This document shows positions 51,400 to 63,084 of a stretch of DNA of 64,000 nt, piece after piece. Within the stretch, counting starts at the first letter, position 1. Every line of letters starts with the position of its first letter. A program made the position numbers and the translations under genes. A model generated the notes under the pieces. That model had not been told where the DNA came from, did no database searches, and saw nothing but the letters and a program-made list of their open reading frames with translations. This DNA comes from Epiperipatus broadwayi (Eukaryota > Animalia > Onychophora): assembly GCA_028023455.1 (NCBI GenBank), contig JAQFVV010000011.1:5022001-5086000 (forward strand), in the 5' to 3' direction.

Positions 51400-52050
51400 G
51401 CTAACAAAGTTTTTAGACATATTAACCTTTATGCACAGAAAGTCCCAATGATGTCAAAGAGAAATCATTCTATATGTAATCATAATCAAATCTAGTTACA
51501 GGTCCACATACATACACACTCAGTGGTTAAGTAGTTATAATAGTCCTGTACTACCAAAGAATGATAATATTGTGTGATATTTGTTGGGAAAAAAATATCT
51601 TGCAAAGAATATTCACTGAGAAACATTTTCTATTTATCTATGAAAACAGATGTCATTTTAAGCTTTTCATAAAGGAATATAGAAATACTCCCAAAAACTT
51701 AAAACAAAAATCGCCGTTTAGTAAATGTGACAGAAACAGGAAGATTATGTATAATTATATTGGTGTTATCTGGTTTAGTCTCTACCATTGTTGAATATTC
51801 AGAATATGTGTGCATGTTGAGTATCAGATCTTAAATACTATGATCCCCTCCTTCCAAAACAATTGAACTGGATTGAAAACTTTGAACATTTGCTTTAGCC
51901 CTCCACTGTTTGGTCTACTAAAAGACATTTTCCTAATGATGTAGAGATTGTGCACATCAATAAAATGATATAAATTTCAGTGAAGGATTTTATTGAGAAA
52001 TGAATGTTTTTAGATTCATATTTTATTTGCTTTACTTTTTGAAACATATG
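51400..52050 (+). mobile_element. Mariner-like transposase relic
   Basis: Broken LVTG, ..CWEK.. and LAP..HLFGLLK-like segments in mariner order. Confidence 0.4.
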
Positions 52051-52889
52051 TATGGTTTTTGTATATTTGTTTCAAGAGCAGTTCTCTTCACCCAATTCTA
52101 AAGCTAACTACATTAATCTTGAATAAACCAATGGTCGCCAAATAGTATAGTGCTGTGACCAGTTTCTGGTGTTTATCTTCATCACAGAGGACCTACGATT
52201 CAAAACTGGAAGTAATGCATCTAGCAGGCACTTTTTACTCCTTTTCACTATTCAAGTTAATAGCTTGAAATTAAAAAACAATGAGATTTTTAACCCAAGA
52301 TAACTCATTTGGATAGTTATGTAGATTTGACACAAATCCACAACTGTATATTTTAACAAACGTAGTTTTCTAACAACTATAGATTGTTAAACCTTTCATT
52401 AAGACGAAATATTAACTAAACATCATATAATATTTCCATCTGATATCCAATGATTACCCAGTTTTATAGTGAATGGCTCTAGATTGCGGTGAAGAGATCT
52501 ACTCTTAGAAGCATATATTAAGAATAAGCCCAGAAAAGTATGTTTTTTCATTGATAATAACCTTCCTAGCCAAAGGGCAGAAGGGAACAATAATTGGCAT
52601 AAAAGTGAAATCATTGTTACAGCTACTGATCTAATATTATATCTTTATAATTATGCAAGTTGGTTTGGCTTCAATCCTTAGAGGTTTTTTTTTTTAAGTT
52701 GAGGCTATTAATTTGAATAAAATAAATAATAATAATATAAAAAAAGTATGATATGTTGCTTGAGAATTCATAAGAAGTTTGAACAAATGGCATAATGCGG
52801 TCATGATCTTTGGACCTAGTGCTCCCGATTTTGCCACTTTATCACTGGACTAAATGGACATGGAGCAACTTTAATAGTGGAAATGAACA

Positions 52890-53020
52890 AAAGATGGTTC
52901 TTAGATGCAAAAGTGCATTAGCTCCAGTATTAATCTTAATTCCTCACTGATAAAGATCAGAACCAGAAACCAATCTGGTTATACGAGTAATGTAGCATCC
53001 ACTGACTATTCAGACTTTGA
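52890..53020 (+). repeat. Old family A relic with decayed ribozyme
   Basis: tcctcactgataaagatcagaaccagaaaccaatctgg (52941-52978) aligns to the class A motif. Confidence 0.55.
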
Positions 53021-53109
53021 TAGTTTTGAAGCAGAGTGAAGAAAGCATAAGTTGAGAGTGAGAAATTCATATGGTGTTTTGTTGGTAAAGCATATTTTTA
53101 AAAATAATT

Positions 53110-55420
53110 TGCTCTTTGCCTAAAAAAGAGATAATAATTCTAGTTATTGAATTATTTCTTCAAAGAATGGAACAGAATGGATATTATAAATACACACTTA
53201 AAATTTGCACAAATTTAACTAAGAAACAAGAACCTATTTGCTTTCTTAGAATATGTCTACAACTAAATGTATTTCCTAATTGCTGTCACATACACATCGA
53301 TAAAGCTATTTATCAATGAAACAAAATGATAAAGCTTAAGGAAGTATTATTGAAATCAGTAATTCAAGGCTAAAATAGATCAATTAAAGCAGATACAAGA
53401 AAAAGAAAAGTATGACTTTGAACTACTTGGTACCTGAAGATATTGAGGTAAAATGTAGTCAGATTGCGCTTAAATATAAAGATCAATGATGACAAAAAAT
53501 TGCAATTCTTTTATAAACAATAGGTCAGAAGTGATGAATAACAACATAAATTGGGTCAATTTATCAAACTGTCAAATTGCAGAAATAATAGGAAAAACGT
53601 TAAATAATAATCTAAATTTATGGGAGAAATATGGAAAAATCCAGAAATGGAAATCATTGCAGACATTGAATTCAAAAATGAGAAAGGCTTTATAAAAGAC
53701 AAAGTGATGAAACAAACGTCAAACGCATTGAGATTATTACCAACCTCAAGCAAAAACCTTTGGTCCTGAAATATTCAAAAATACATAATGATAAAGAATT
53801 GTTATGTTTAAAAGAAAATAAAGGAAATCGACTGGTGTTAATGAATAAAGAAGAGTACAAAGAGAAATTAAACTGCAAATTAATAACCTAAAATTCGTAG
53901 AAACAGTTTTATAATTTAAAATACAATAAAGATAAATTTATATCATCAATACTTAGAAAATAGTATGGCAAAGCATTCACGAATACTGAATACTTTAAAA
54001 TATATCCAGCAGCAGCAATAATACCTAGAATTTGTGAACATACAACCATGTAAAGAGAACTCCCCATTAAGACTTTGGAAAGTCGTGTTTCTATAATGTG
54101 GCAAAAATGACTGCATCTTGATTAATCAAAGATTTTGATTTTGATTCATACCGATAAAGTCATCATTTGAATTCATAGATAAAATTAGAAACTTGAAGAT
54201 AGATAACAACAACAAAATAGCCTCCTTATACATTAAAGAACTCTAGGGATGTTTTCCGCATTTAAAATCAATAGAAGTTATTTATAAAATGTTACAACAG
54301 GTTAATTACAACACATTAAAAAAGATTTCATAATGGAGGTATTAAAATGGATCAGTGAAGTCATTATCGCCACAGTAAATAAAAAAAACGCTATTGAATA
54401 GATTACGGATTGGCCACTGGGGCTGCTTTTTAGTGGGATTATATGTAGTCTATAACTCAGAGATTGAAAACCCAGTCATACCAAAATTTGTGTCTCTGCC
54501 AACAAACATACTATAGACTAGATATGTAAATGACATGTTGATCTGTGCTGATGAACAAACCAGTCACTCAAATTCATCAAAACTAGAACAGACATCTTTT
54601 TTAACTTGGACAATTGAAAAAGAAGATAAAAATCAGAGTATTAAATTTTTGGATATTGATGTGCAAAGGCAGAGTGACACTTTAAACTACTAGAATGACA
54701 TTAAAACCCATAAACATCAGAGGTGCCATCCATCCCAAATCTTTAATCCCTGTGGCCTATAAATATGCTGGTCTTAACGATTTCCTTTACAGAAATTTAA
54801 AACTGCTAAATTGGAATAGATAATGCATACGTTAGAGATTTAAAAAACCATGGGATATAACATCAAGAAAATTTACGACACAATAGAAAGATTTTATAGC
54901 AAATAAACCAATACAATCTCTTTCCAGCAAAAACAAAAAATGGACAAGCCTCCCATATGTACCAAAGATGGCTCAAAAATTAAAAAAAAACATTTGTTCA
55001 GAAAAATGTTTTCACTCCCCCCACTAAATAAACTGTTGAATAACTTTAAAGATAAACTAAGTAAGAAGCTGATCAAAGTGTTTATAAAATTAAGTGCAAC
55101 AAAGCCAACTGTAAATATGTTTATTATGGAGAGAAGAGAGCAAACGTATCTACAAGACTGATCCAACACACTTACTTCTATAATAGGGTCAAAAAAAATA
55201 GTGAATAGTCATATATATTCTTAGAACATGAACAACAATTGAGCCACAAATTTGATCTTTCCAAAGCGGATGTCATTTGCACTGAAAGAGAGGATAGAAA
55301 AAAAAAGATCAAGATGGCTTGGACAATAGCTAAGGATAAATTCGCTATTAATAAAAAAAACCCTAGTATCCCTCTGTCAAAAAAATGGTCTCTGAAGAAT
55401 TTTACATACATTTGAATATA
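53110..55420 (+). mobile_element. Degenerate, nearly full-length Penelope-like element
   Basis: FLRICLQLNVFP N-terminus, GLATG, RYVNDMLI, IKFLDIDV, C-terminal GIY-YIG SVYKIKC..CKYVYYGE...RLIQH. Confidence 0.8.
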
Positions 55421-55429
55421 TAAAATTAA

Positions 55430-55790
55430 AAGTGTGTGAACGCTTGAAAGAGAAGCTATAGAGAGTGCAAAAAAATCTTAAATGCTAAGCGCTTTCGAGG
55501 CCGTTTGCCTCATATTCATAGCGATAACGCGAAATGCGAAACAGAGAAATAAAGGTGATATGCAAAGTATATGCAAATGATTTAGATAGACCAATGTTTG
55601 GAATTGTCAAAGCAGGTGTCACGTCTATTGATAGAGTTATTGTTGCCATTAATAAAGTACTCTTCTCTAATTTTCCATTTGATGTCGTTATTCTCTATGT
55701 AAACATAAAAACAATCCATCATAAATGTAAAAAGAGTTTGATTATAATGCACAATGTATTGAAAGCATGTTTAGCATGAATAAAAGCTAA
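55430..55790 (-). mobile_element. PLE 3' end (ORF C-terminus + terminal repeat with class B hammerhead), tail-to-tail with the preceding PLE
   Basis: Minus-strand ENNDIKWKIREEYFINGNNNSINRRDTCFDNSKHWSI* followed some tens of nt later by the ribozyme motif in sense. Confidence 0.7.
55482..55525 (-). ncRNA. Best-preserved class B hammerhead motif (A3-U8)
   Basis: ATCGCT-ATGAATA-T-GAGGC(AAACG)GCCTC-GAAA-GCGCT-T/AGCAT; perfect 5-bp stem II, intact AGCGCT palindrome. Confidence 0.68.
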
Positions 55791-56086
55791 AATTTATAAA
55801 CATGTATCTGTCTTTTCTGGGTTAAATGACCAAAGATTTATATATTTAATAGATAATATGTATAAATAAATATTCAAAGCTATAGTGTATTTGGATAAAA
55901 AATTTAAAAAGTTCATGCACATATTTCTGTAACTTGTGTTATATTGTGGCCCCATATTTTGCAAAACCTTAATCTATAGCCAGGTTTGTATTTTTTCAAA
56001 TGCTGCTTTACTTGTTGATGTTTTCTAAATCTGTATATATATGGTCTTATTAATTTAATCGTTTTATGCTCTCTTTTTTTTTTTAG

Positions 56087-56175
56087 GAGTCGAACCCTGG
56101 AGTTTCTACTTTATAAATGGATTTTTAAATTTTAACTTTATATTTGTTTTTTCTCTAATTGCTTTGCCGTTTTTG
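56087..56175 (+). CDS. ALG9: ALG9 exon 7
   Basis: ttttag/.../gtaagt; (G)VEPWSFYFINGFLNFNFIFVFSLIALPFL with conserved EPW.FY..NG.LNFN; phase 1-0. Confidence 0.96.
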
Positions 56176-56900
56176 GTAAGTTTCTTTATATATTAACATT
56201 TTTAACATATATATATAAACACATAACTACGGACACATATACATTAACAATTAAGCAAATATTAACATCAGTTTAACTAATAAGTTGTTCATTTATTATT
56301 TGCATGTGTTGTTTATATATTTATACAATTAGATATATGATTAAAGAAATAAAGTTATACTTTACATATATTTAATGTTTCATTAGAATTTTATAGGTTA
56401 GTAATTTACAAAATCTGTACAATTATCTTTGTAAACTTGAAGTAAGCTAATGCTAAATGAAATGAATCATGTAAATTTAATAATTTGTAAGAATTCAAGA
56501 CAAAAAAAAAGCCTAACGTTTTTTTTTTCTTGTTAAAATACTGTTCAAGATGTACAGAATTTTTGCTAAATCTCTAATACAATGATTCTCCAGCTTAGGA
56601 AAATGTAATTATGATTATTGATGGACTATTGAACTTAAGGTCCACAGATTGCAGCTTTCACAGTTGCTTTTAATGTTTAAACTTCTTATGAACTCCCGAA
56701 AAAAAAAAATTTGATTTTTTTTTTTTTTTAATGACTCCAATGACTAAAATTTGACTGTAGATTAACAAAGCATGTTTTTTGAACACTTAATTTAATGTAT
56801 TTTATTTTACCTTATTAATAAATTAAATGGAGATTCAGACGAATATATAAACTCGATCATTTTATCAAAACTGTAGATATACTTCAGATAGGCTGAACTA

Positions 56901-57190
56901 CCAAACATCACATGATCACCATTTCCTATGCTTGCTCATAACTGTTATTAAAACAGGGAAAACTCTCCATACAGTAGTGCCATTGAGTGCAAGCCAGAGT
57001 AATAGATCTAGGTGCAGTGCTCTCAGATCCAAGGCTCTTCACTGATGAAGGCCACAAGCCAGAAACTAGTTTGGCGATGTTGGATGAGTAGGCACTAGAT
57101 AGAGATTTTATGCACAAGCCTTCTAGCATCCATTGATTACTCTGGCTTGCACTGAATGGCACTACTGTATGGAGAGTTTTGCCTGTTTTA
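56901..57190 (+). repeat. Family A insertion (inverted 3' ~100 nt + sense body)
   Basis: 13-bp TSD ATAGG(C/T)TGAACTA at 56888-56900 and 57191-57203. Confidence 0.9.
57036..57077 (+). ncRNA. Class A minimal hammerhead motif (GUU triplet)
   Basis: TCTTCA-CTGATGA-A-GGC(CACAA)GCC-A-GAAA-CTAGT-T/TGGCGA. Confidence 0.6.
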
Positions 57191-57435
57191 ATAGGTTGAA
57201 CTATAAATAAAATGAAGAAATACTGTATATAAATAAAATTAAGATTTTGCATTTTTGAATAGAACTGGTAATAAATAATAGAACAAATAAAATCTGGATA
57301 TTCAATGACTGAGGGAGTCACATGATGCTTGATATAACTTATATAATTAAATTCTTTCTAGTAATTTATATTATTTATTGAGTTTTGAATGCTTTTTCAT
57401 ATTTGTGCTTATACTTGCTATTATATATGTTGCAG

Positions 57436-57472
57436 TTTTTCATTAAGAAATATCTCAGGATTCCTTATAGAG
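57436..57472 (+). CDS. ALG9: ALG9 exon 8 (37 nt)
   Basis: ttgcag/.../gtaagc; FFIKKYLRIPYR(G); the candidate I found that gives the required phase 0-1 and expected length; sequence itself poorly conserved. Confidence 0.75.
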
Positions 57473-58649
57473 GTAAGCAATGTTACATAATCATCTTGTA
57501 TTGTTATAACTTTAAAATTCAGAAGTTGACTATTACATATGTCATCTAATTTATATAAATAAATATAGAAGGCTATATTATTGTATATATAAGATAACAC
57601 AAAATAGCTTTTAATCAACCCACTAGAGGACATAGATCTCTCCAACAGCTCCGCACAGAAGAACAGCCAAGGAAAAGTTATTAATCATACAGTGTTTGAA
57701 TAGTTTTTCATTCTTGGTTTTTATCATTCAATTAAGAATTTAATCAACTACTATTGAATGAGGTTGGATTGACTATGAAGTGCCAACTATCTAAAAGAAA
57801 ATATCTAAGATTGTAACCCAAAAACATCTTGCAGTTTTACACTGTCCGAATTTGAACTGAGATAGTAAGTCTGGTAGGTAGATATCTTATTGCTGTGCCA
57901 TGAGATCCTATTCCTATTTAATATAGTTTAAATTATATTTTCACTCATTTTACAAGGGTTTGATTAGTCATATAGTTGCTAATTATTTTCTATTTACAAT
58001 AAAATCTAGAGTTGCAACACAACTTGTTAACTTTCTTTAATGTAAAATATAATAATTCATCTTGAAAGAATTTGAAAAGCAAATAAATTTTAAAAATATT
58101 GTTTTGATTGGTGAAGTGGTGATTTTTTTGCAATGGTTTTCAATTCTTTGTAATGAGTCAAACTATTAAAAAAAAAAAGGTCAGCAAATATCATATTAAC
58201 AATTATGCAAGCTTATTATAAGGGGCAATAGAATAAGGACTACTGAAGTCATTTAATACCTTATGAATTAATTTTTATGTCTATAGTAATGTTCAAAGTT
58301 AATCATAAAGATATTGAGAATTTGTATAAACAAATTATGAAAATTCAGCTTGAAACAGAGACTTAGTAAAGCAGAGAAACATTGCAAATGATTGTCGTTA
58401 CTTTACATTCACTTATGTCAAACCGCAATGTAATATTTTATTTTTTAACTTTCTAATTGAGAGTTATTTATGAATCTACAATAGAACAGGGTTATGTTAC
58501 AAGTTTTTTATTGTTATTGATGAACAGATTTTGGATATTGTTTATATGAAGATTTGTGATGTATGTTGCATTATTTTTGTCATTTTATTTAATAGTTAAA
58601 CACTTTTTTTTTTAGAAAAATTCATTTTTTTTTTTTTTTTCCCAAACAA

Positions 58650-58803
58650 ATTCAACTGTTCGCATTGAAAGAAGGGCTTTGAGTTGTACCTCAGATGCTT
58701 TTGGTGTGATCATTAACAGTCCTAACATGGGAATTGAACCAATAATTTAAATTCATGAATACTGAATTTAAGGTAACGCTCTACTAAATAGGTTATTCGG
58801 CCA
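58650..58803 (-). repeat. tRNA-derived SINE-like family 2
   Basis: Minus strand ccgaataacctatttagtagagcg (A-box-like) ... ggttcaattcc (B-box-like). Confidence 0.6.
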
Positions 58804-61340
58804 AAGGGATCATTCAGTAGAAACCTTATATGCTTTTTTATAAAGAGTCCTCTTAAAAAATGAAGAAATCAGGAGAATCCTCACAAATTTCTCCCTTTTA
58901 TTTCTGGATGGCTCTCATAGATAAGTGTAAAATTTTTCTGGGATGTTGCCTTTGTCAGAATAGGCTAATTTGGCATTCACAAATCTAAAACTTCTTGGTT
59001 CACTTCCCTTTTGAACAGCACCATTGGTTAGACCAACAACATCTAAAGAAGAGAGGATTACAATATTAACCAAAACATTGAGTTCTAGATTATCCTATAT
59101 GATGTTACTAGCAGCTGAATATATTTGGATAATATAAATAAAGTTTGAATTGGTTTTTAGAAAAAAAAAATTTCACAGTTTGAACTAGATGGTGGAAATA
59201 ATACAACATATGACAACAAATTTTTAGATAATTTTAAATTTAATTTGTAGTGGAATTGAATTTTAGTCTGGAAATCAAAAGATGAGTGTTGAGTAAATCA
59301 TATTTTAGGCAGTAATCATAAAAACTGGATTGTTTCTAGGAAGAATTATTCTTTTTCTGCATTTAGAATAAAGGATAAAATTGGCAAACTTACACGATGT
59401 GTAATTATAGTTATTTTTGTCCATAACAACAGAAATAAAGAAGACATGGAAATCGTCATTAGTTTTTTTTTTTTTTTTGGGGGGGGGGGGGTCAGAAGTA
59501 TCTGGCAATTAGGAGATTTATTACAGACTGATGAAAAGAGTTGCAGCAAAAAATCTCAAAGGGGTTGTCAGATATAGGAACATACTTTTAAAAAGGAAGA
59601 TCATTTTTCAATCTATTTCTTATAATTCCATAATCCGAAAGTGGACAATGAAAAAGATTAGGAAAATTATTTGTATTTTTGAACTATATTACTGGTGAAG
59701 TTTTTTGAGAATAGCAATGAAAATAAAAGTATATACCACTAGATTAATCTTAAATTTTCACATGAAACAGAAATGATCTCAATGAAAGTATATTATTTTG
59801 ATAATATTATGATGTAATTTATAAGAAATGTTTGCAATACTCAAAAATATTGATGAGAAAGCAAAAGAGATTCTCTAACAGTGAGATGGTAAATTTTGTC
59901 AGCACAGTTATAAATGTTCTACTGAGAGACCTGAGAAAGAAGATTATGTGATAGATCAATGTGAGAAAATGCTATTTATGTAATTGCCAGAAATTAACAT
60001 GACAATATCTCAGGATAATAATTGTCATCTCTAAATACTTTTACTTATTTTTTTTCCACATATATTTTTTTTCACTCAGGTTCTGTTTTCAATATCGTAA
60101 GATTTATCATTACATAGTCTTATGAAATAAGAGTCACAGTTTGATATAAAGTATCTAGTAGATGTAGTATGTCTTTGAAATTTATATTTTACTGAATGTC
60201 CTTTCTATCTTATAGTATGTTATGAAGTAGTTTGATCACTGAGATTACCATTACAGTTTTTCATCGGAGTGCTTGTGAATGATTTTAACTCTTTTTGATG
60301 ATAATTGTAAGATTAAAAATTATTAAATATCCTCATGCAAGAATTTCTATTCACTCTTTAATAACTTTTCTGCGAAGTGTGGAAAAGACAACTGGAAGGA
60401 TTTGATCACTAACTGAATGGATGATAGAAGGCTGTTTAAAATAACTTTTAAATGCATATGCGTAAGGTATAGTTGGGGGTATTATATCACTGAGATTATG
60501 TAATCCTAAACTGATTACACATCTGGCATTAATAGTTGTCTAATTTTTGTCCTTAAAAAACTTATATTAATAATTACGATAATGTAATAGATCTAACGGC
60601 ACCATAGTACAGAAATATGCTGATAATGGCTTACAATGAGTCCATTAAAATGTGAATCAACTCTAACAATTAATAGATATGAGATAAGTTATCTGTTTAT
60701 CATTACTGATTTAGAGAATAAGTTCCCATTTCTATTTTTTTCTCACATGTGCTGAAAAAAAAGGAGTTGTTTGAATGGATAATCAAAGTTTGCAATAAAT
60801 ATCTTTGTGAGGATATATAATCATTTTTTTTAATTTGTTAAAAAGTTTATACATTTTTTAATACAAATATTTCAGTCCTCTTTGTGATTTGCTATTAATT
60901 AAGAGTTTTTTCTCGGTAGTTCAATGGAATATAGTTACATTTATTTATATCATTTTTATTTCTTTTCATTATTGTGCTCTACATACACTTATCATACAAA
61001 TAATATAATATGTAAATCAATTCGCTGAACATATGGCGTCCAAGTATGTTACCAAGATAATTTTACAAGCAAGATTTCTAAAGAATGCCCATCTTTTATT
61101 ATATCAGTCTAATTTATCAGAAGATGATCTTTTATCTTATAGTTATAAAATTATTTACATGCAATTAAACTTATTAGTATTTTGTCCACATTAAATGTAT
61201 TATATATATATATATATATATGCCTATTTTAATGATTTAAAGAAGCTTCATTATAGAGTTATGAATTTGAGATACTAGAATAAATTTTGTTAAAATTAGT
61301 AAGCTATGAACAAACTACTCATTGTTAAATATATATATAT

Positions 61341-62166
61341 TAATTAGATTAACAATTCAACGCTGGTTTATTGAGCACATGAAATACTCAATTTAAAGCG
61401 CAAGATAGAGTTTTTGAAAAGATCAGAATGGACCGTCTTACCCTTTTTATCTATATTCATTTATATTGGCCAATTTGACACACTTTGGAATGAAAGTGTG
61501 AAGATCTTAAATTGATCACATTTCTTCTTTCAAAGCTATATTTTAACTATTGATGTTCGCAAAATTTTTCAATTTATCAGCTTATCAATATTAGATGAAA
61601 TAATGAAATATGTAAATATAAACTTTTCTAATAGTTAATGTTATATACTAATTAGATTAACAACTCGACACTGATTTATTAAGCACATGAAATACTCTCA
61701 ATCCAAAGCATAAGATAGAGTCTTTAGCTTATAGAAAATGAATATAGGTAAAATGGATAAGATGGTCTATTCTTTTCAAAAATTCTATCTTGTGTTTTGG
61801 ATTGAGAGTATTTCACATGCTCAATAAACCAGCATTGAATTGTTTAATCTAATTACTGTATAATATAATATAAATGGCTTGTTATTTCTTCTAATATTGA
61901 CAAGCTGTAAATTGAAAATTTTTACAAAGATCAATAATTAAAACATAGCTTTATAAGAAGAAATGTGATCAATTTGAGACCTTCACACTTTCAGTCCAAA
62001 ATGCTTCAGATTTGTTTATATAAATGAATGTAGATAAAAAGAATAAGATAGTCTTTTCTTATTTTTTCAAAGACTCTATTCTGTGCTTTTGTATTTCATG
62101 TATTCAGTAAATCAGCATGCAGTTGATAATCTAATAAGTATATAATATTAACTGCTAGGAAAGTTT
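61341..62166. repeat. Family D: ~280-310 bp unit, tandem on + then tandem inverted
   Basis: taattagattaacaa at 61341 and 61649; reverse complement at 61846-61855 and 62128-62137; inversion junction near 61725. Confidence 0.85.
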
Positions 62167-62737
62167 GTGTGTGTGTGTGTATATGTACAATAAACTAAAT
62201 ATATTATGTAAATATAATAATAAAAAAAATCAAATAGTTATATTTTCTAAAAGTGAAATGAGTATTTGTTAGTAAGCTTACTGATTCATAAAAAGGCACC
62301 TTTCCATCATCCTCCATCGTAGATAAATATGTTTCATCATGAGTATAACTTTAGTAGGTCTGAGCAGCTTTCAGATCCACAAACACATGGTTGTTACACT
62401 TCTTTTATACTATCAGAAATGCTAATGCATATTTTATAATAAGTAATATAAATGCTAAACACCTTGTATTAATTGAGTTTGAATAAACAATTAATAAATA
62501 TTAACATTTCTAATCTAAGTATATAAGAATTGTAGCAATTGTTTATGGTTGGGTGCACTGCGTAGTCTTCTGAAAATTTTCATAATTCAAACAGTTTCAT
62601 ATAAATATTGATTTCAGTTTTAAATATATAGAATACTACAATGAATAATGTATGTGCATACAATATGAATACACATGTCCAGATGTGTGTTGTAGGAAAA
62701 TTCAAATATATATATCAATCTCTTTTTTTTTTCGTAG

Positions 62738-62820
62738 GAGGTACAATGTTTATTCCTCCCTGGCTCAGTCTTCTTTCATTGTACATCTGGATTTTTGTCT
62801 TTTTTATACAACCACATAAA
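62738..62820 (+). CDS. ALG9: ALG9 exon 9
   Basis: ttcgtag/.../gtaagt; (G)GTMFIPPWLSLLSLYIWIFVFFIQPHK ending in the conserved QPHK (the EERF exon is outside the window); phase 1-0. Confidence 0.95.
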
Positions 62821-62954
62821 GTAAGTTTATGTTTTTCAAATACAGTTATGTTTAAGTTTTATATATATAAACAACCACGGCAAAAATGTCAAATAAATAA
62901 ATGATGGTACTTGTTTAACATTTTGTAACCTTAACTGTAAATAACTTGATTTCA

Positions 62955-63084
62955 AACCATCGAACATCACATGATCACCATCTCTATACTAGCACATAAT
63001 TTGTTGCACAAGCCTTCTGGCATCCATTGATTACTCTGTTTGGCACAGGGTGGCACTACTGTATGGGGAGTTTTGCCTTTGTTT
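62955..63084 (+). repeat. Family A insertion (inverted 3' tip + sense fragment)
   Basis: 14-bp TSD ATAACTTGATTTCA at 62941-62954 and 63085-63098. Confidence 0.9.

Noticed and set aside
56397-56441. Alternative candidate for exon 8 (also 58528-58560)
   Set aside because: Both end in phase 0, but exon 9 needs phase 1
58880-59550. Minus-strand exon-like pieces (signal-peptide-like MTISMSSLFLLLW, a 41-codon frame, CCWSNQWCCSKGK)
   Set aside because: Splice phases do not join the attractive frames, and no family was recognised
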